Source: a virus (lineage: Duplodnaviria > Caudoviricetes). Taken from it: DNA of 25,542 bases. How positions within the stretch are numbered: position 1 is the stretch's first letter; each line of letters opens with the position of its first letter. Shown piece by piece: positions 7,980 to 16,471 of the stretch. The notes beneath the pieces are model-generated. The model was given only the letters and a program-made list of their open reading frames with translations. It did not search any database and was not told the DNA's origin. The DNA lies in the IMG/VR virus record IMGVR_UViG_3300048599_000863, positions 1 through 25,542 of that record; one strand, written 5' to 3'. A program made the position numbers and the translations under genes.

Positions 7980-8558
7980 TTAGCTACCCGCGGGGATGTC
8001 CTTGAGCAGGACAATTCGGTTTTGTGTGACACCGGCAAACTCGGTACTGATTGTCAGCGCGTTGATTGCGTCATCCTGTCCGGTCCAGGCGAAGGTCCAG
8101 GACAGCCCGTTGAGAACAGCGGCACGGTCATGATCTTCGGACAGAACCAGGATGACGACTTCCTTGCCCTGAAACGCCGAAGATTCCAGATAGTCCTTCT
8201 GACGCGATCCGACACCGGCAAGATAGACCTCGATGGTGGTGGTGCGTTTGCCGGGATAGGTGTAGTGGCGGGTCTTGAGTTGTGCTGTTTTAGAGTCGGT
8301 TTTGATCGCCTTCTCGCCTAACTCACCCAGTTCCACAAAGCTACTGGATAAAAGGGTACTGAGTGCGGTCTGCGAGGCAAGGGCGGTCTCCACCGCGGCC
8401 CGGTCGGTAAACGAACCCAGGCTCACATACACCCGGTCACCGGGCAGACAGGCCAGAAGTTGGTTGATCAACAGGTCGTTTGCTGTCATATTCGAGGGAA
8501 AAGTGGGTTTACTGGTAGCCATTTCGTCTCCTGTCTCCGCTTCGGGAAAGTCAGCCAT
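7980..8558 (-). CDS. Putative major tail (tube) protein
   Basis: 180-192 aa, FVELGEL motif, beta-rich, upstream of chaperone and tape measure; two candidate starts (8558, 8522). Confidence 0.6.
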   Translation of the reverse strand: MADFPEAETGDEMATSKPTFPSNMTANDLLINQLLACLPGDRVYVSLGSFTDRAAVETALASQTALSTLLSSSFVELGELGEKAIKTDSKTAQLKTRHYTYPGKRTTTIEVYLAGVGSRQKDYLESSAFQGKEVVILVLSEDHDRAAVLNGLSWTFAWTGQDDAINALTISTEFAGVTQNRIVLLKDIPAGS

Positions 8559-8571
8559 TTGTGTCTCCGTG

Positions 8572-8599
8572 AAAAGGGGGCGGTGAGAAGTACCGCCCC
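8572..8599 (-). terminator. Internal terminator/attenuator after capsid-holin
   Basis: Minus strand GGGGCGGT-ACTTCTC-ACCGCCCC then CTTTT. Confidence 0.6.
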
Positions 8600-8609
8600 A
8601 GTCTGGAGG

Positions 8610-8960
8610 TTAGATGATCGCCCGGGCAATCCTGCCGAGGGCGTAGAGGGTTTTCTTGTTGTGAAACACGAACTCAATTGCCCCGCCGATGGTTCCGAAC
8701 ACCTTGTGTACCAAGCTCGTTTCCTTCGGGGTTAATTCCTGGGCCACCCGCTGAAGCGCTCGTTGCTTCTTGGTGTAGTCGTCGAGCGTCGCCGTCGCGG
8801 GGGCGGTCTTGATGTCCTGGATGATGTCGAGAATCTTCCCCAAGACAGCCGTGACAGTGGTCGAATTCAGGTTCTTCTTGAACACGGTGGAGGCGATCCA
8901 CAGGATCAGGGTGGTCGCTAACCCGATGATGAACTCATGGTTCTGGAGGATGAAATCCAT
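8610..8960 (-). CDS. Putative holin (one N-terminal TM helix, LL-H-like)
   Basis: FIIGLATTLILWIASTVF TM helix followed by a basic cytoplasmic domain with KKQRALQRV; GGGAG RBS. Confidence 0.55.
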   Translation of the reverse strand: MDFILQNHEFIIGLATTLILWIASTVFKKNLNSTTVTAVLGKILDIIQDIKTAPATATLDDYTKKQRALQRVAQELTPKETSLVHKVFGTIGGAIEFVFHNKKTLYALGRIARAII

Positions 8961-8976
8961 GTGTGCTCCCTTGTGG

Positions 8977-10710
8977 CTATGCCACTTGTTTGAAGACCTT
9001 CACGAAGTCGCTGACATAGGTGATCCCCGGACGAATCCGGATGAACCAGTGATACTTGAAGTCCTCGCCGTGGTGTTCGGCCTTCATCACCGCATCGGAA
9101 CGGTAACCGATCACGATGTACTTGGGCAGACCGACGATGATGGTGTCGTCATCCATGAAACGGCCCTTGAGCGGTACCCCGGAGAAGGTGATCTTACCAC
9201 CGGCAAAGAGCAGCCGGTCGCCCTCGACGGTCTCACGCTTGCCCAGTTCCGACCGGATTCGGAGAAGATTTCGGGTGGAGACGTAGATCACGAAGGACGC
9301 CTGCTTGGCGAGGGCCTTGTTGCTGAACGCCAGCAAAGCGGCTTCGAGGCGTTCGTCCCAGGTGGGGTAAGTAGCCTTCGAAAGATTGGTGACGGCGCTG
9401 GCCGCCGTGGCGAGTTTGACAACGCCATTTAGGGCCTTCAGACTCGGTGTGGTGCTGGTACGGTCTCCCTGGAACAGCAGATCGCAGAGGGCTTCCCCGG
9501 TTCGGGAAGCGATACCTTGCTCAACATAGGCACCGAACGCCTCGTCGCCGTACTTATCCTTGTAGAACTCCACGGTCGTTTGCTTCAGACTGAAGCGGGC
9601 ATTCAATACACTGGTCGGACAAGAGATGTCACCCGTTTGCACGTCCTGGGCAGTCGGAGGGCCATCTTCCTCATTGACGAAGACCAGGGCGTCGAGCAAA
9701 CCCTTGTCGATCTTCTCGTCCTTGATGAGCGGAACGACCGTGATGTCCGTCAGGGTATCGCCCATGGCCTGATTGATCACCGTATCGAGGAACAGACTGG
9801 AGGTGTTATCCTGAAGAATGTTCATCGGCGTCCCGGCGTCGAGCTGGGCGATTCCCTTGTAGATTTCCCGGTGGCTTGCCTTGACCACCACCTTCTGCCC
9901 GTCAATAATCACTTCCCGGTCGGTAGGTTCGGGGGTGGACGGTTCGCCCTGAATGCTCTTCGAAATCGCCTTGTTGAGGGTGATGTCGAGTTGTTGTAAT
10001 CCGCGGTCGATCCGTTCCAAAGCTTCCTTGGCCACAACCCCTTCAGTGCTCTTGGCCACGCTTTCCAACTCGGTTTGCATCCGCTCAATCGACTGGCGGG
10101 TAGTGGGATCGGATACGCCTTTCTTGAGCTCCTCAACCTGCGCCTTCAGGGCTTCAACCTGGGCCCTGGTGTCTTGGGTATCGACAAGCTCGTCCGCCCG
10201 GCCATAAATCGAGACCCCGTTGAACTGGCCTTTCTCTACCTTTCTCCACAACTCGGAAGCAAGGTCGTCGCACTTGAGAACCTGTACCCAGGCACCCAGC
10301 TTTGTATCCGGAAAATGATCGTTGTCCCGGCCCTTCAAAATGTAGGTCTCGGCAACATAGAAATCATTCACCGGGTGCATGTTGTGGTTGATGTCGTTAC
10401 GCCCGACCATACCACCCTTCGAAAAGGCGTCGCAAGCCTTCACGATCTCCTCTTCGGAGTAGAAGTCACCCTGCGCGTCTCGGACGCCAGGCTCCATAAG
10501 CGTCACATAAAGCCGCCCTTGCGTGCCCGCCGTGACCGACTTGAACTTGGTGGAACCCGCCAGCAACTTGAGCTGTTTCCCATCCGCCGACTTGACCACA
10601 AATCCCTTCTGGTTCGCAGGATTCATGTCGTCGAATAACAACGAGACGTGCTTGACGGCAACGTTGAGCAACTCTCCCTTACTGACGTGTTTCGGTTTCA
10701 GCATCTTCAT
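8977..10710 (-). CDS. Fused XkdF-like prohead serine protease, scaffold and major capsid protein
   Basis: N-term HVSLL..PANQ, EPGVRDAQGDFYSEEEIVKACDAF, DINH, GQFNGVSIYG (XkdF-like); central coiled coil; C-term capsid-like DLLFQGD...LKALNGVVKLA; follows the portal gene; GGAGG RBS. Confidence 0.75.
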   Translation of the reverse strand: MKMLKPKHVSKGELLNVAVKHVSLLFDDMNPANQKGFVVKSADGKQLKLLAGSTKFKSVTAGTQGRLYVTLMEPGVRDAQGDFYSEEEIVKACDAFSKGGMVGRNDINHNMHPVNDFYVAETYILKGRDNDHFPDTKLGAWVQVLKCDDLASELWRKVEKGQFNGVSIYGRADELVDTQDTRAQVEALKAQVEELKKGVSDPTTRQSIERMQTELESVAKSTEGVVAKEALERIDRGLQQLDITLNKAISKSIQGEPSTPEPTDREVIIDGQKVVVKASHREIYKGIAQLDAGTPMNILQDNTSSLFLDTVINQAMGDTLTDITVVPLIKDEKIDKGLLDALVFVNEEDGPPTAQDVQTGDISCPTSVLNARFSLKQTTVEFYKDKYGDEAFGAYVEQGIASRTGEALCDLLFQGDRTSTTPSLKALNGVVKLATAASAVTNLSKATYPTWDERLEAALLAFSNKALAKQASFVIYVSTRNLLRIRSELGKRETVEGDRLLFAGGKITFSGVPLKGRFMDDDTIIVGLPKYIVIGYRSDAVMKAEHHGEDFKYHWFIRIRPGITYVSDFVKVFKQVA

Positions 10711-10719
10711 TCGTCCTCC

Positions 10720-11907
10720 TTAGTTTATCTTGTTCTGGTTAAATAACTTTTCGTCTGTACTCTGATACAGGTCGGACAGGTCGCCGAAGTCCCAGTCGTC
10801 CAACTCGACCTGGCAGTCGGGCAGTTCCCGCCGGAATTCACGGGATAAAATGAGGGCCAACCGCTTCTGAATGGGTTTTACAGTGAACTCGTGGAATAGC
10901 TGCATGTCGGTCCGGTTATCTCCACCAAGTTGACCGGGTATGAGCTGAGAAACCAGTCTCGGCGGTACCCGGTGATACGCGAAGATGCCTTCCCGAAGGT
11001 CTTTCTTGAGCTCCAGGAACCCGCCTTCCCGATCCTGCTGACGAAGCGGCTCTAACCGGATATGAACATCCTTGTTCTCGCTTTCGATCAGAACCGTGGA
11101 ATGCGAACGGGCATTGCCCTTCACTTCACGCAAGACCGCTTCGATCTCGGCGTAGGCGTCCCGGATAACGGTCTTGCCGTCCTGATCCTGCACTTCGCCG
11201 TCCCGCAACGTTCCCCCCTCGACAATGACGAAATAGTCGATGAGCAAACCGTTCCGGAAATTGTTATAGTCGAATACCTTGATCTCTTTCAGTATCTCAA
11301 TGTTGATCGCAATCGGGAGACCGGCCAACCCCCAGGCGTTGCTTCGGTGAGTGGACCGCTTGAAATGGATGATGTCCGGGTTCGGGTACTCCCGCCGTTG
11401 GTAATTCTTGAGCTGTATGTAGTCCGGGCAAAACAGCCCGTTATCGCTATAGTGTTCGATAATCTGCGTTTCTGAGGGCAGGAGCCGTTCGCAGCCTACC
11501 CACTCGCCTTTCGTGTTGCGCAGCTTCACGATAAAGCCATTGCCACAGGCCGCGTAAAACCGCACCATTTCCGCAAGAATCGAAGCAATGTCTTCCGACC
11601 CGGGGAATTCGGCGTTGCGCAGCCAGGCATCGACCTGGGCGTTCCTGCAAGCTACCGTGCGTACCGAGCCCTGCGCTATGGCATCGACGCACCCGAAATG
11701 GTACTCGTCATCGTCCAGCAGGTTGAGGAACTTGAGCATCGAAAACGGCGGCGCGATGATCGTGCCTTCGCCACTCTTGCGCACAAGCCGGGGCCCAACC
11801 GGTTTGAATTTCTTCAAGTCCACCGGCTCGTAAGCCAGTTTCTTCACGACCAGCTCGGAAGCCTCGGAAATGCCAAGAGTATAACCGCTTAGGCGCTGGA
11901 TTCTCAT
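10720..11907 (-). CDS. Portal protein (PBSX/HK97 family)
   Basis: CGNGFI, ERLLP, DIIHFK, AWGL, NFRNG, IFAYHRVPPRLV, TVKPIQ motifs. Confidence 0.85.
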   Translation of the reverse strand: MRIQRLSGYTLGISEASELVVKKLAYEPVDLKKFKPVGPRLVRKSGEGTIIAPPFSMLKFLNLLDDDEYHFGCVDAIAQGSVRTVACRNAQVDAWLRNAEFPGSEDIASILAEMVRFYAACGNGFIVKLRNTKGEWVGCERLLPSETQIIEHYSDNGLFCPDYIQLKNYQRREYPNPDIIHFKRSTHRSNAWGLAGLPIAINIEILKEIKVFDYNNFRNGLLIDYFVIVEGGTLRDGEVQDQDGKTVIRDAYAEIEAVLREVKGNARSHSTVLIESENKDVHIRLEPLRQQDREGGFLELKKDLREGIFAYHRVPPRLVSQLIPGQLGGDNRTDMQLFHEFTVKPIQKRLALILSREFRRELPDCQVELDDWDFGDLSDLYQSTDEKLFNQNKIN

Positions 11908-12287
11908 GCCTTCACCCCGGTGATCTTGGCGATCCGAACTTCTCGCGACCCGTCAATCCGCGAAACGTAGAACTCCACGTGGGAGAAGTCTTTGCCGTGG
12001 TTCTTCAAATGCTCATCGCGGAAGGCTTCCTTGAGCGTGTACAGCACGCTATCCGGGTCTGCCACTCCCTCGGCGTTGACAACCAGGTACAAAGTCCAGT
12101 CCAGCTTCGCTTCCAAGAACTGCCGTCCGGTGGGCAATTGACCCTCTTCTGCGCCTAACTCCACCACCGCACATGGCAGACCCTTCGGAATCGTGAACGC
12201 GTTGAATAGCACGTATTTGATACCGGCGGCGTTGAGGGCTTCGACCAGGCGGCCACGTTGACGGGTGAACTTTTCGAGGTTCGTCAT
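11904..12287 (-). CDS. Putative tail terminator/completion protein
   Basis: 127 aa from ATG 12287 (ATGA overlap); LPCAVVELGAEE and WTLYLVV beta pattern; follows the neck gene. Confidence 0.55.
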   Translation of the reverse strand: MTNLEKFTRQRGRLVEALNAAGIKYVLFNAFTIPKGLPCAVVELGAEEGQLPTGRQFLEAKLDWTLYLVVNAEGVADPDSVLYTLKEAFRDEHLKNHGKDFSHVEFYVSRIDGSREVRIAKITGVKA

Positions 12288-12784
12288 ACCGACACCGCCA
12301 AGTGATCCAGTTGTTCGATAATCCAGCCCTGCCGGTTCGTGATGATTGTCTTGTAAACGTCCCGGGCGGCGATGCCCTCCCGCTTGATTTTGGCGCGAAT
12401 GATACACGCCATCGAATCAATCGAAAGTGCCTTTCCCGACTTCTTGTCTGTCCAGGTGAGTCCTTTGCGCTCCACCCAGGATTTCAACGGATCAAGGGGA
12501 GTCCAGGAAGACACTTTACCGCCCAGGACAAAGGGTTCGTGTTTGACGTTCGATCCGACCCGAAGATCGAGACCGGTTTCGGTGCGGGTTACAACATAGG
12601 CGGCATTGTTGAACATGTCGCCTTTATCGTAGATATACTTATGTGTCTGGCCGTTGGTCTCCACGTCCCGCAGCATGGATTTTCGGGCGTCGCCGTCAAT
12701 CACACTGCCAATGCGGTACAGGGTGCTTTCAAGTACGTCCAGAATCGCCCGGAACACCTCACGCATGATGTCGTCCTCGCTCAT
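12284..12784 (-). CDS. Neck/virion morphogenesis protein (HK97 gp10 / Mu gpG-like)
   Basis: DKGDMFN, LRVGSNVKHEPFV, PLDPLKSWVERKG, IRAKIKREGI. Confidence 0.65.
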   Translation of the reverse strand: MSEDDIMREVFRAILDVLESTLYRIGSVIDGDARKSMLRDVETNGQTHKYIYDKGDMFNNAAYVVTRTETGLDLRVGSNVKHEPFVLGGKVSSWTPLDPLKSWVERKGLTWTDKKSGKALSIDSMACIIRAKIKREGIAARDVYKTIITNRQGWIIEQLDHLAVSV

Positions 12785-13233
12785 ATCACGACCGCCCGCA
12801 CCCGGCGTCCGACTTGGCATGTCAGCGCGTCTAACCGGATGTTACCGTTGTCGTTGAGGTAATCGGAAAGGGCTTCCAACGCCCGGCGCTCAAGCGTCGT
12901 CTTGAAGGCGTCGATCTCGGCCCCGGTAAGTAGCTCGGTGGCGTTGGTGTCCAGCCCGATGGTTTTCACGATCCCGGCACCTAACGTCTTAAGATTGAGC
13001 AGTTCCGCCGTGGATTGGAGAAGCCGGAAGGCATACCCGAACCGAAACGCGGTGTGGTGGGGATCGCTGTCCTCCAGCTTTCCGCAGGCAGCGGTGTAGT
13101 CTTCGACGTTCGTTACGGACTCAATCCATTGCATCACCAACGGTTTATGCAGGTCGAACACCGGCTTGTCGGTCAGTTCGGCGGGCAGGTTGAGCATTGC
13201 CAAGGCGTCGGAAGTGGTTACGGGAATACTCAT
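12781..13233 (-). CDS. Putative head-tail adaptor
   Basis: 150 aa helical protein between lysozyme and neck gene; ATGA overlaps on both sides. Confidence 0.5.
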   Translation of the reverse strand: MSIPVTTSDALAMLNLPAELTDKPVFDLHKPLVMQWIESVTNVEDYTAACGKLEDSDPHHTAFRFGYAFRLLQSTAELLNLKTLGAGIVKTIGLDTNATELLTGAEIDAFKTTLERRALEALSDYLNDNGNIRLDALTCQVGRRVRAVVI

Positions 13234-13715
13234 TGCCACAACCCTTTACGCATTTGCTGGGATAGCTCGATAGCCCGCTTCCCGACCTGCTTTGCCCACT
13301 TGCTGGCCAGCATCCCGTCGGCGGCTTTGTCGAACTCGCCGGAGGCCATGTAGGCCAGGGTGTTCTTGAAAGAAAGGAGGCCCTTGTCGCCGTTTCCGAT
13401 CCCCATGTTGAAACACATGTTGACCAGGACAGCCTGACGGCAATCGCATAGTTTAGCGTAAAGGGTAGGAATCGTTGCCGTAAGCTGATCGACGCAGTCG
13501 GTGATGTCCTCGACAAGGAGGCGGTCGGCTTCGATCTCGCTGATCCCTGCGTGAACCAGGTCACGGCCCTTGAGCCAGCCGGGAACCCCGTTGTCAGCGA
13601 GGTTATGCCCCACGCCAATGGTTCGCTTGCCCGCCGAACAACGGTACTCCCGAAGTCGCAGACCCTCGTGGCGGATGAGTTGTTGCTTGAGCCGATCCAG
13701 CGTTTGCGCGTTCAT
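13230..13715 (-). CDS. Endolysin, T4-like lysozyme (GH24)
   Basis: HEGLRLREYRCSAGKRTIGVGHNL catalytic motif; RQAVLVNMCFNMG; SKWAKQVGKRA; AAGGAGG RBS. Confidence 0.92.
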   Translation of the reverse strand: MNAQTLDRLKQQLIRHEGLRLREYRCSAGKRTIGVGHNLADNGVPGWLKGRDLVHAGISEIEADRLLVEDITDCVDQLTATIPTLYAKLCDCRQAVLVNMCFNMGIGNGDKGLLSFKNTLAYMASGEFDKAADGMLASKWAKQVGKRAIELSQQMRKGLWQ

Positions 13716-13734
13716 TGATCCTCCTTACGGATTC

Positions 13735-13798
13735 ACAATGCGCGCTTACGGTTATCCGGTCAAACCGGGTTGTCGTCTATTGTCGCAGGAAATCGCAG
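13735..13798 (-). promoter_or_regulatory. Putative activator-dependent late promoter 2 (lysis/structure operon)
   Basis: TTGACC-17-CATTGT, with upstream CGACAA repeats at 10-bp period; 13759-13788 identical to 18708-18737. Confidence 0.7.
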
Positions 13799-14007
13799 GT
13801 TTACATGATTTACTCCACACGCATGAGGATCGCTCCCAGCCAACCACTTCATATATAACCCGGAACGACTTCTGACATGCGAAAGGCAACCGGGAGGATG
13901 ATTTCTATCGATATTTAAGTATCCACTAACCGATAACAGCATTATATATTAGCGGTTACTTCTGCCCTGTAACCGGCGGCAATATCTACTCATTTTGGAC
14001 TTTGCTC

Positions 14008-14035
14008 TTGACAATCCAAAAACCTTGTCCAAATT
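14008..14035 (+). promoter_or_regulatory. Putative promoter of the cargo gene
   Basis: Perfect TTGACA at 14008-14013, weak -10 (CAAATT at 16 bp); inverted repeat TTTGGAC (13994-14000)/GTCCAAA (14027-14033). Confidence 0.4.
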
Positions 14036-14060
14036 CTTGCACTAACAAATGGAGGCACCC

Positions 14061-15539
14061 ATGCGACGCATTATTTTTGGGCTTTTACTGTTCCTGTCCC
14101 TGCTACCATTATACGCTGTGGAACGGTGGATCAAGACCTATGACCCGTTCGATGTAGGGTACGAGAAAGATTATATATCCGAAGACATGATGATCTGCGC
14201 GGACGGCGGCTATGCGATGAACGGGACGTATTCGAGCAATTTTGAAGAGGGATTCTTTAATAGTGCCTTTCTGATGAAGACGGATGCTGAGGGCAACCTG
14301 CAATGGGCCAAGCTGGCGCAGGATGACGCATCACTTCCCTACTACAGCGATGCCATGTGCTTCACTCAAACCCCTGACGGGGGATTTCTAGAGATTATTG
14401 ATGGAACATTCTCTGGCTTAGACCGAATGATCAAGCGCGATGGGAATGGCAATCTGCAATGGGTGTTACCGACCGGTAACGGGTGGATACGGTCTGTCGT
14501 TCGATTATCCGATGATTCGTATATCCTTGCAGGTTCCTATAACCTGCCCGAAGAAGGTATCTATCTGATGAAACTCAATCCGGAATACGAGATGGTGTGG
14601 GAACGTCACTACCTGGTCAAAGGACATTGGGGACATCTTACTTCTATCTGCGTTTCGAATTATCCGGAACCGGAATCCGGGTTTATTGGTATTGGCGAAA
14701 TCCATGCTACGGATGAGCCCTACAATTGGATCGTCCTGACCAAGTTCAATGCGGAAGGCGATACCCTTTGGACCCAGGTATATGGGGGGGGGGGGGGGGG
14801 GAACTTTGGGCTCGGCGTATTGGAAGATCATGATGGATATATCTATACGGCGGATAATTATAATAGTGAGGATTCTTTGTACTACAATCCCAGGATCACC
14901 AAGCGCGATCCTCTTGGTGAGGCGATCGAGGTGTATTCAATCTCCCCGGATGATTTTTTCTATATTAGTAATCTATCATTTGGACCTACGGAAGACCAAT
15001 TGATTATCGCGAGTGCTGTCAAACCACCCCATAATAATAATTCTTTACAATTTGGCTCAATTAGCGGTCTATCTATCCTTGATTGGAATTACACCTTTTT
15101 GGACTGTTCTCCACCTGCAGGGGATCGGGTTGTATCCTGTACCGATGATGGCGGCTATATCTATGTTGGAAGCCACAAATATTCCTCCGATACTCCCGGA
15201 GTAGCATTGTTCAAGACCGACGAGAACGGACAGGTGGATGTGGGAGAGCCGGCGGTGCCCCGCCCTACCCAGTCCCTTACCGCCTATCCCAATCCGTTCA
15301 ACCCGAGCACGACGATTCGGTACGACCTGCCTCAGGACGCTGATGTACGCCTGACGGTGTATAATGTGCGCGGACAGAAGGTTGCCACCCTTGTGAAGGA
15401 ACGTCTGGAACGAGGTCAGCACCAGGTGGTTTGGAGCGGAATCGACGAGCATGGGCGGTCGGTGTCTTCCGGAGTGTACCTGTATCGGCTCGATGCCGGC
15501 GGGAAGTCCACGACCAAGAAAATGCTGTTGCTGAAGTAG
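14061..15539 (+). CDS. Secreted protein with beta-propeller-like repeats and C-terminal T9SS type-A/FlgD-Ig-like sorting domain (moron)
   Basis: Signal peptide MRRIIFGLLLFLSLLPLYA; repeated (L/M)KTDxxGNLQW/DGGY motifs; CTD AYPNPFNPSTTIRY...VYNVRGQKVATLV...SSGVYLYRL...KKMLLLK; GGAGG RBS before ATG 14061. Confidence 0.88.
   Translation: MRRIIFGLLLFLSLLPLYAVERWIKTYDPFDVGYEKDYISEDMMICADGGYAMNGTYSSNFEEGFFNSAFLMKTDAEGNLQWAKLAQDDASLPYYSDAMCFTQTPDGGFLEIIDGTFSGLDRMIKRDGNGNLQWVLPTGNGWIRSVVRLSDDSYILAGSYNLPEEGIYLMKLNPEYEMVWERHYLVKGHWGHLTSICVSNYPEPESGFIGIGEIHATDEPYNWIVLTKFNAEGDTLWTQVYGGGGGGNFGLGVLEDHDGYIYTADNYNSEDSLYYNPRITKRDPLGEAIEVYSISPDDFFYISNLSFGPTEDQLIIASAVKPPHNNNSLQFGSISGLSILDWNYTFLDCSPPAGDRVVSCTDDGGYIYVGSHKYSSDTPGVALFKTDENGQVDVGEPAVPRPTQSLTAYPNPFNPSTTIRYDLPQDADVRLTVYNVRGQKVATLVKERLERGQHQVVWSGIDEHGRSVSSGVYLYRLDAGGKSTTKKMLLLK
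14784..14801 (+). repeat. G18 homopolymer (Gly6), in frame
   Basis: 18 consecutive G in the coding sequence. Confidence 0.85.
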
Positions 15540-15551
15540 TTAAGAATCTCT

Positions 15552-15584
15552 ACCGGGAAGTCGAAAGGCTTCCCGGTTTTTTTT
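15552..15584 (+). terminator. Intrinsic terminator of the cargo gene
   Basis: ACCGGGAAGTC-GAAA-GGCTTCCCGGT followed by a T run. Confidence 0.9.
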
Positions 15585-15604
15585 GACCTTATACGGCTTG
15601 GGTG

Positions 15605-16471
15605 TCAAACCACCTCCGTCGTCGTGCGGCAGCGGAAGTGAAAGGGAGGGAACGGAGTGTGTGCCCCCGACACCCCGATAGGCTTGTCCTCGTCGTTGTA
15701 CACGACCTGGTCGTCCTTCACCCAGGGAGCCAGGGCCTTCACGTAGTCACGGACGTCGTCCAGGGAGCCTTTCAGGTCGAGGGCCTGTAACTGATCCATC
15801 ACCTGCACGGCATTGTTGAGGGGATACACCTTGTTTTCGGCAGCCAGGCCGCGGCAGATATCCGAGGTGCGGTTATCGAGAACCACCACAAGGCGATAGT
15901 ACTGCGCCTTGGCCTTTTGGTAGCCCTGAATCCGACCAAACTCACGCATGCGCAAGCCGGTATGTTCCGCCAATCCCTGCCAGTATGCCGCCGATTTATT
16001 GCCCAGGTCCCGAAACTGTTCCTTGAGCGTATCCGCCAGCATTTCCTTGGTGTAGCCCTGGTCGATAGCCTTGGTCAGCACTTCGGTGAAGCCTTTGCGG
16101 ACGTCGGCGTCGAAGTGATTGCCCACCCAGAACACCTGTTGCCGTTGCATCGAGGTCGCAAGACTTTGCTCCTGGGCACCCCACAAGCCAATCGACGTAC
16201 GAGTCATGGCGCGGGTGTCCTGTAGCCCGGTTCGAATTCCTCGTTCCATAAACGACTTGGTGGGCTGGTTCACGGCGGCGGCAAAGTCGTCGCCCAGTTG
16301 CGAGGCGATAACCTGCATGATCTTATCGACGTGGGCCTTACTCATCTTCTCGGCCCGGGGCATGTCGGCCAGCATTTGAATTGCCCGGGTGGCGGCGTCT
16401 TTGACTTCGGTTGTCCAGGCGTTGTTCAGGACGCGGTAGTATTCGAGCATCAGGCGGTCGTACGTGTCCAT
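15605..16471 (-). CDS. Head morphogenesis protein (Mu gpF / SPP1 gp7 family)
   Basis: VVLDNRTSDICRGL and PPFHFRCRT motifs. Confidence 0.88.
   Translation of the reverse strand: MDTYDRLMLEYYRVLNNAWTTEVKDAATRAIQMLADMPRAEKMSKAHVDKIMQVIASQLGDDFAAAVNQPTKSFMERGIRTGLQDTRAMTRTSIGLWGAQEQSLATSMQRQQVFWVGNHFDADVRKGFTEVLTKAIDQGYTKEMLADTLKEQFRDLGNKSAAYWQGLAEHTGLRMREFGRIQGYQKAKAQYYRLVVVLDNRTSDICRGLAAENKVYPLNNAVQVMDQLQALDLKGSLDDVRDYVKALAPWVKDDQVVYNDEDKPIGVSGAHTPFPPFHFRCRTTTEVV

Noticed and set aside
13800-13990. Riboswitch or ncRNA in the intergenic region
   Set aside because: Only short hairpins (e.g. GGTTAC/GTAACC); no family recognisable without a covariance search
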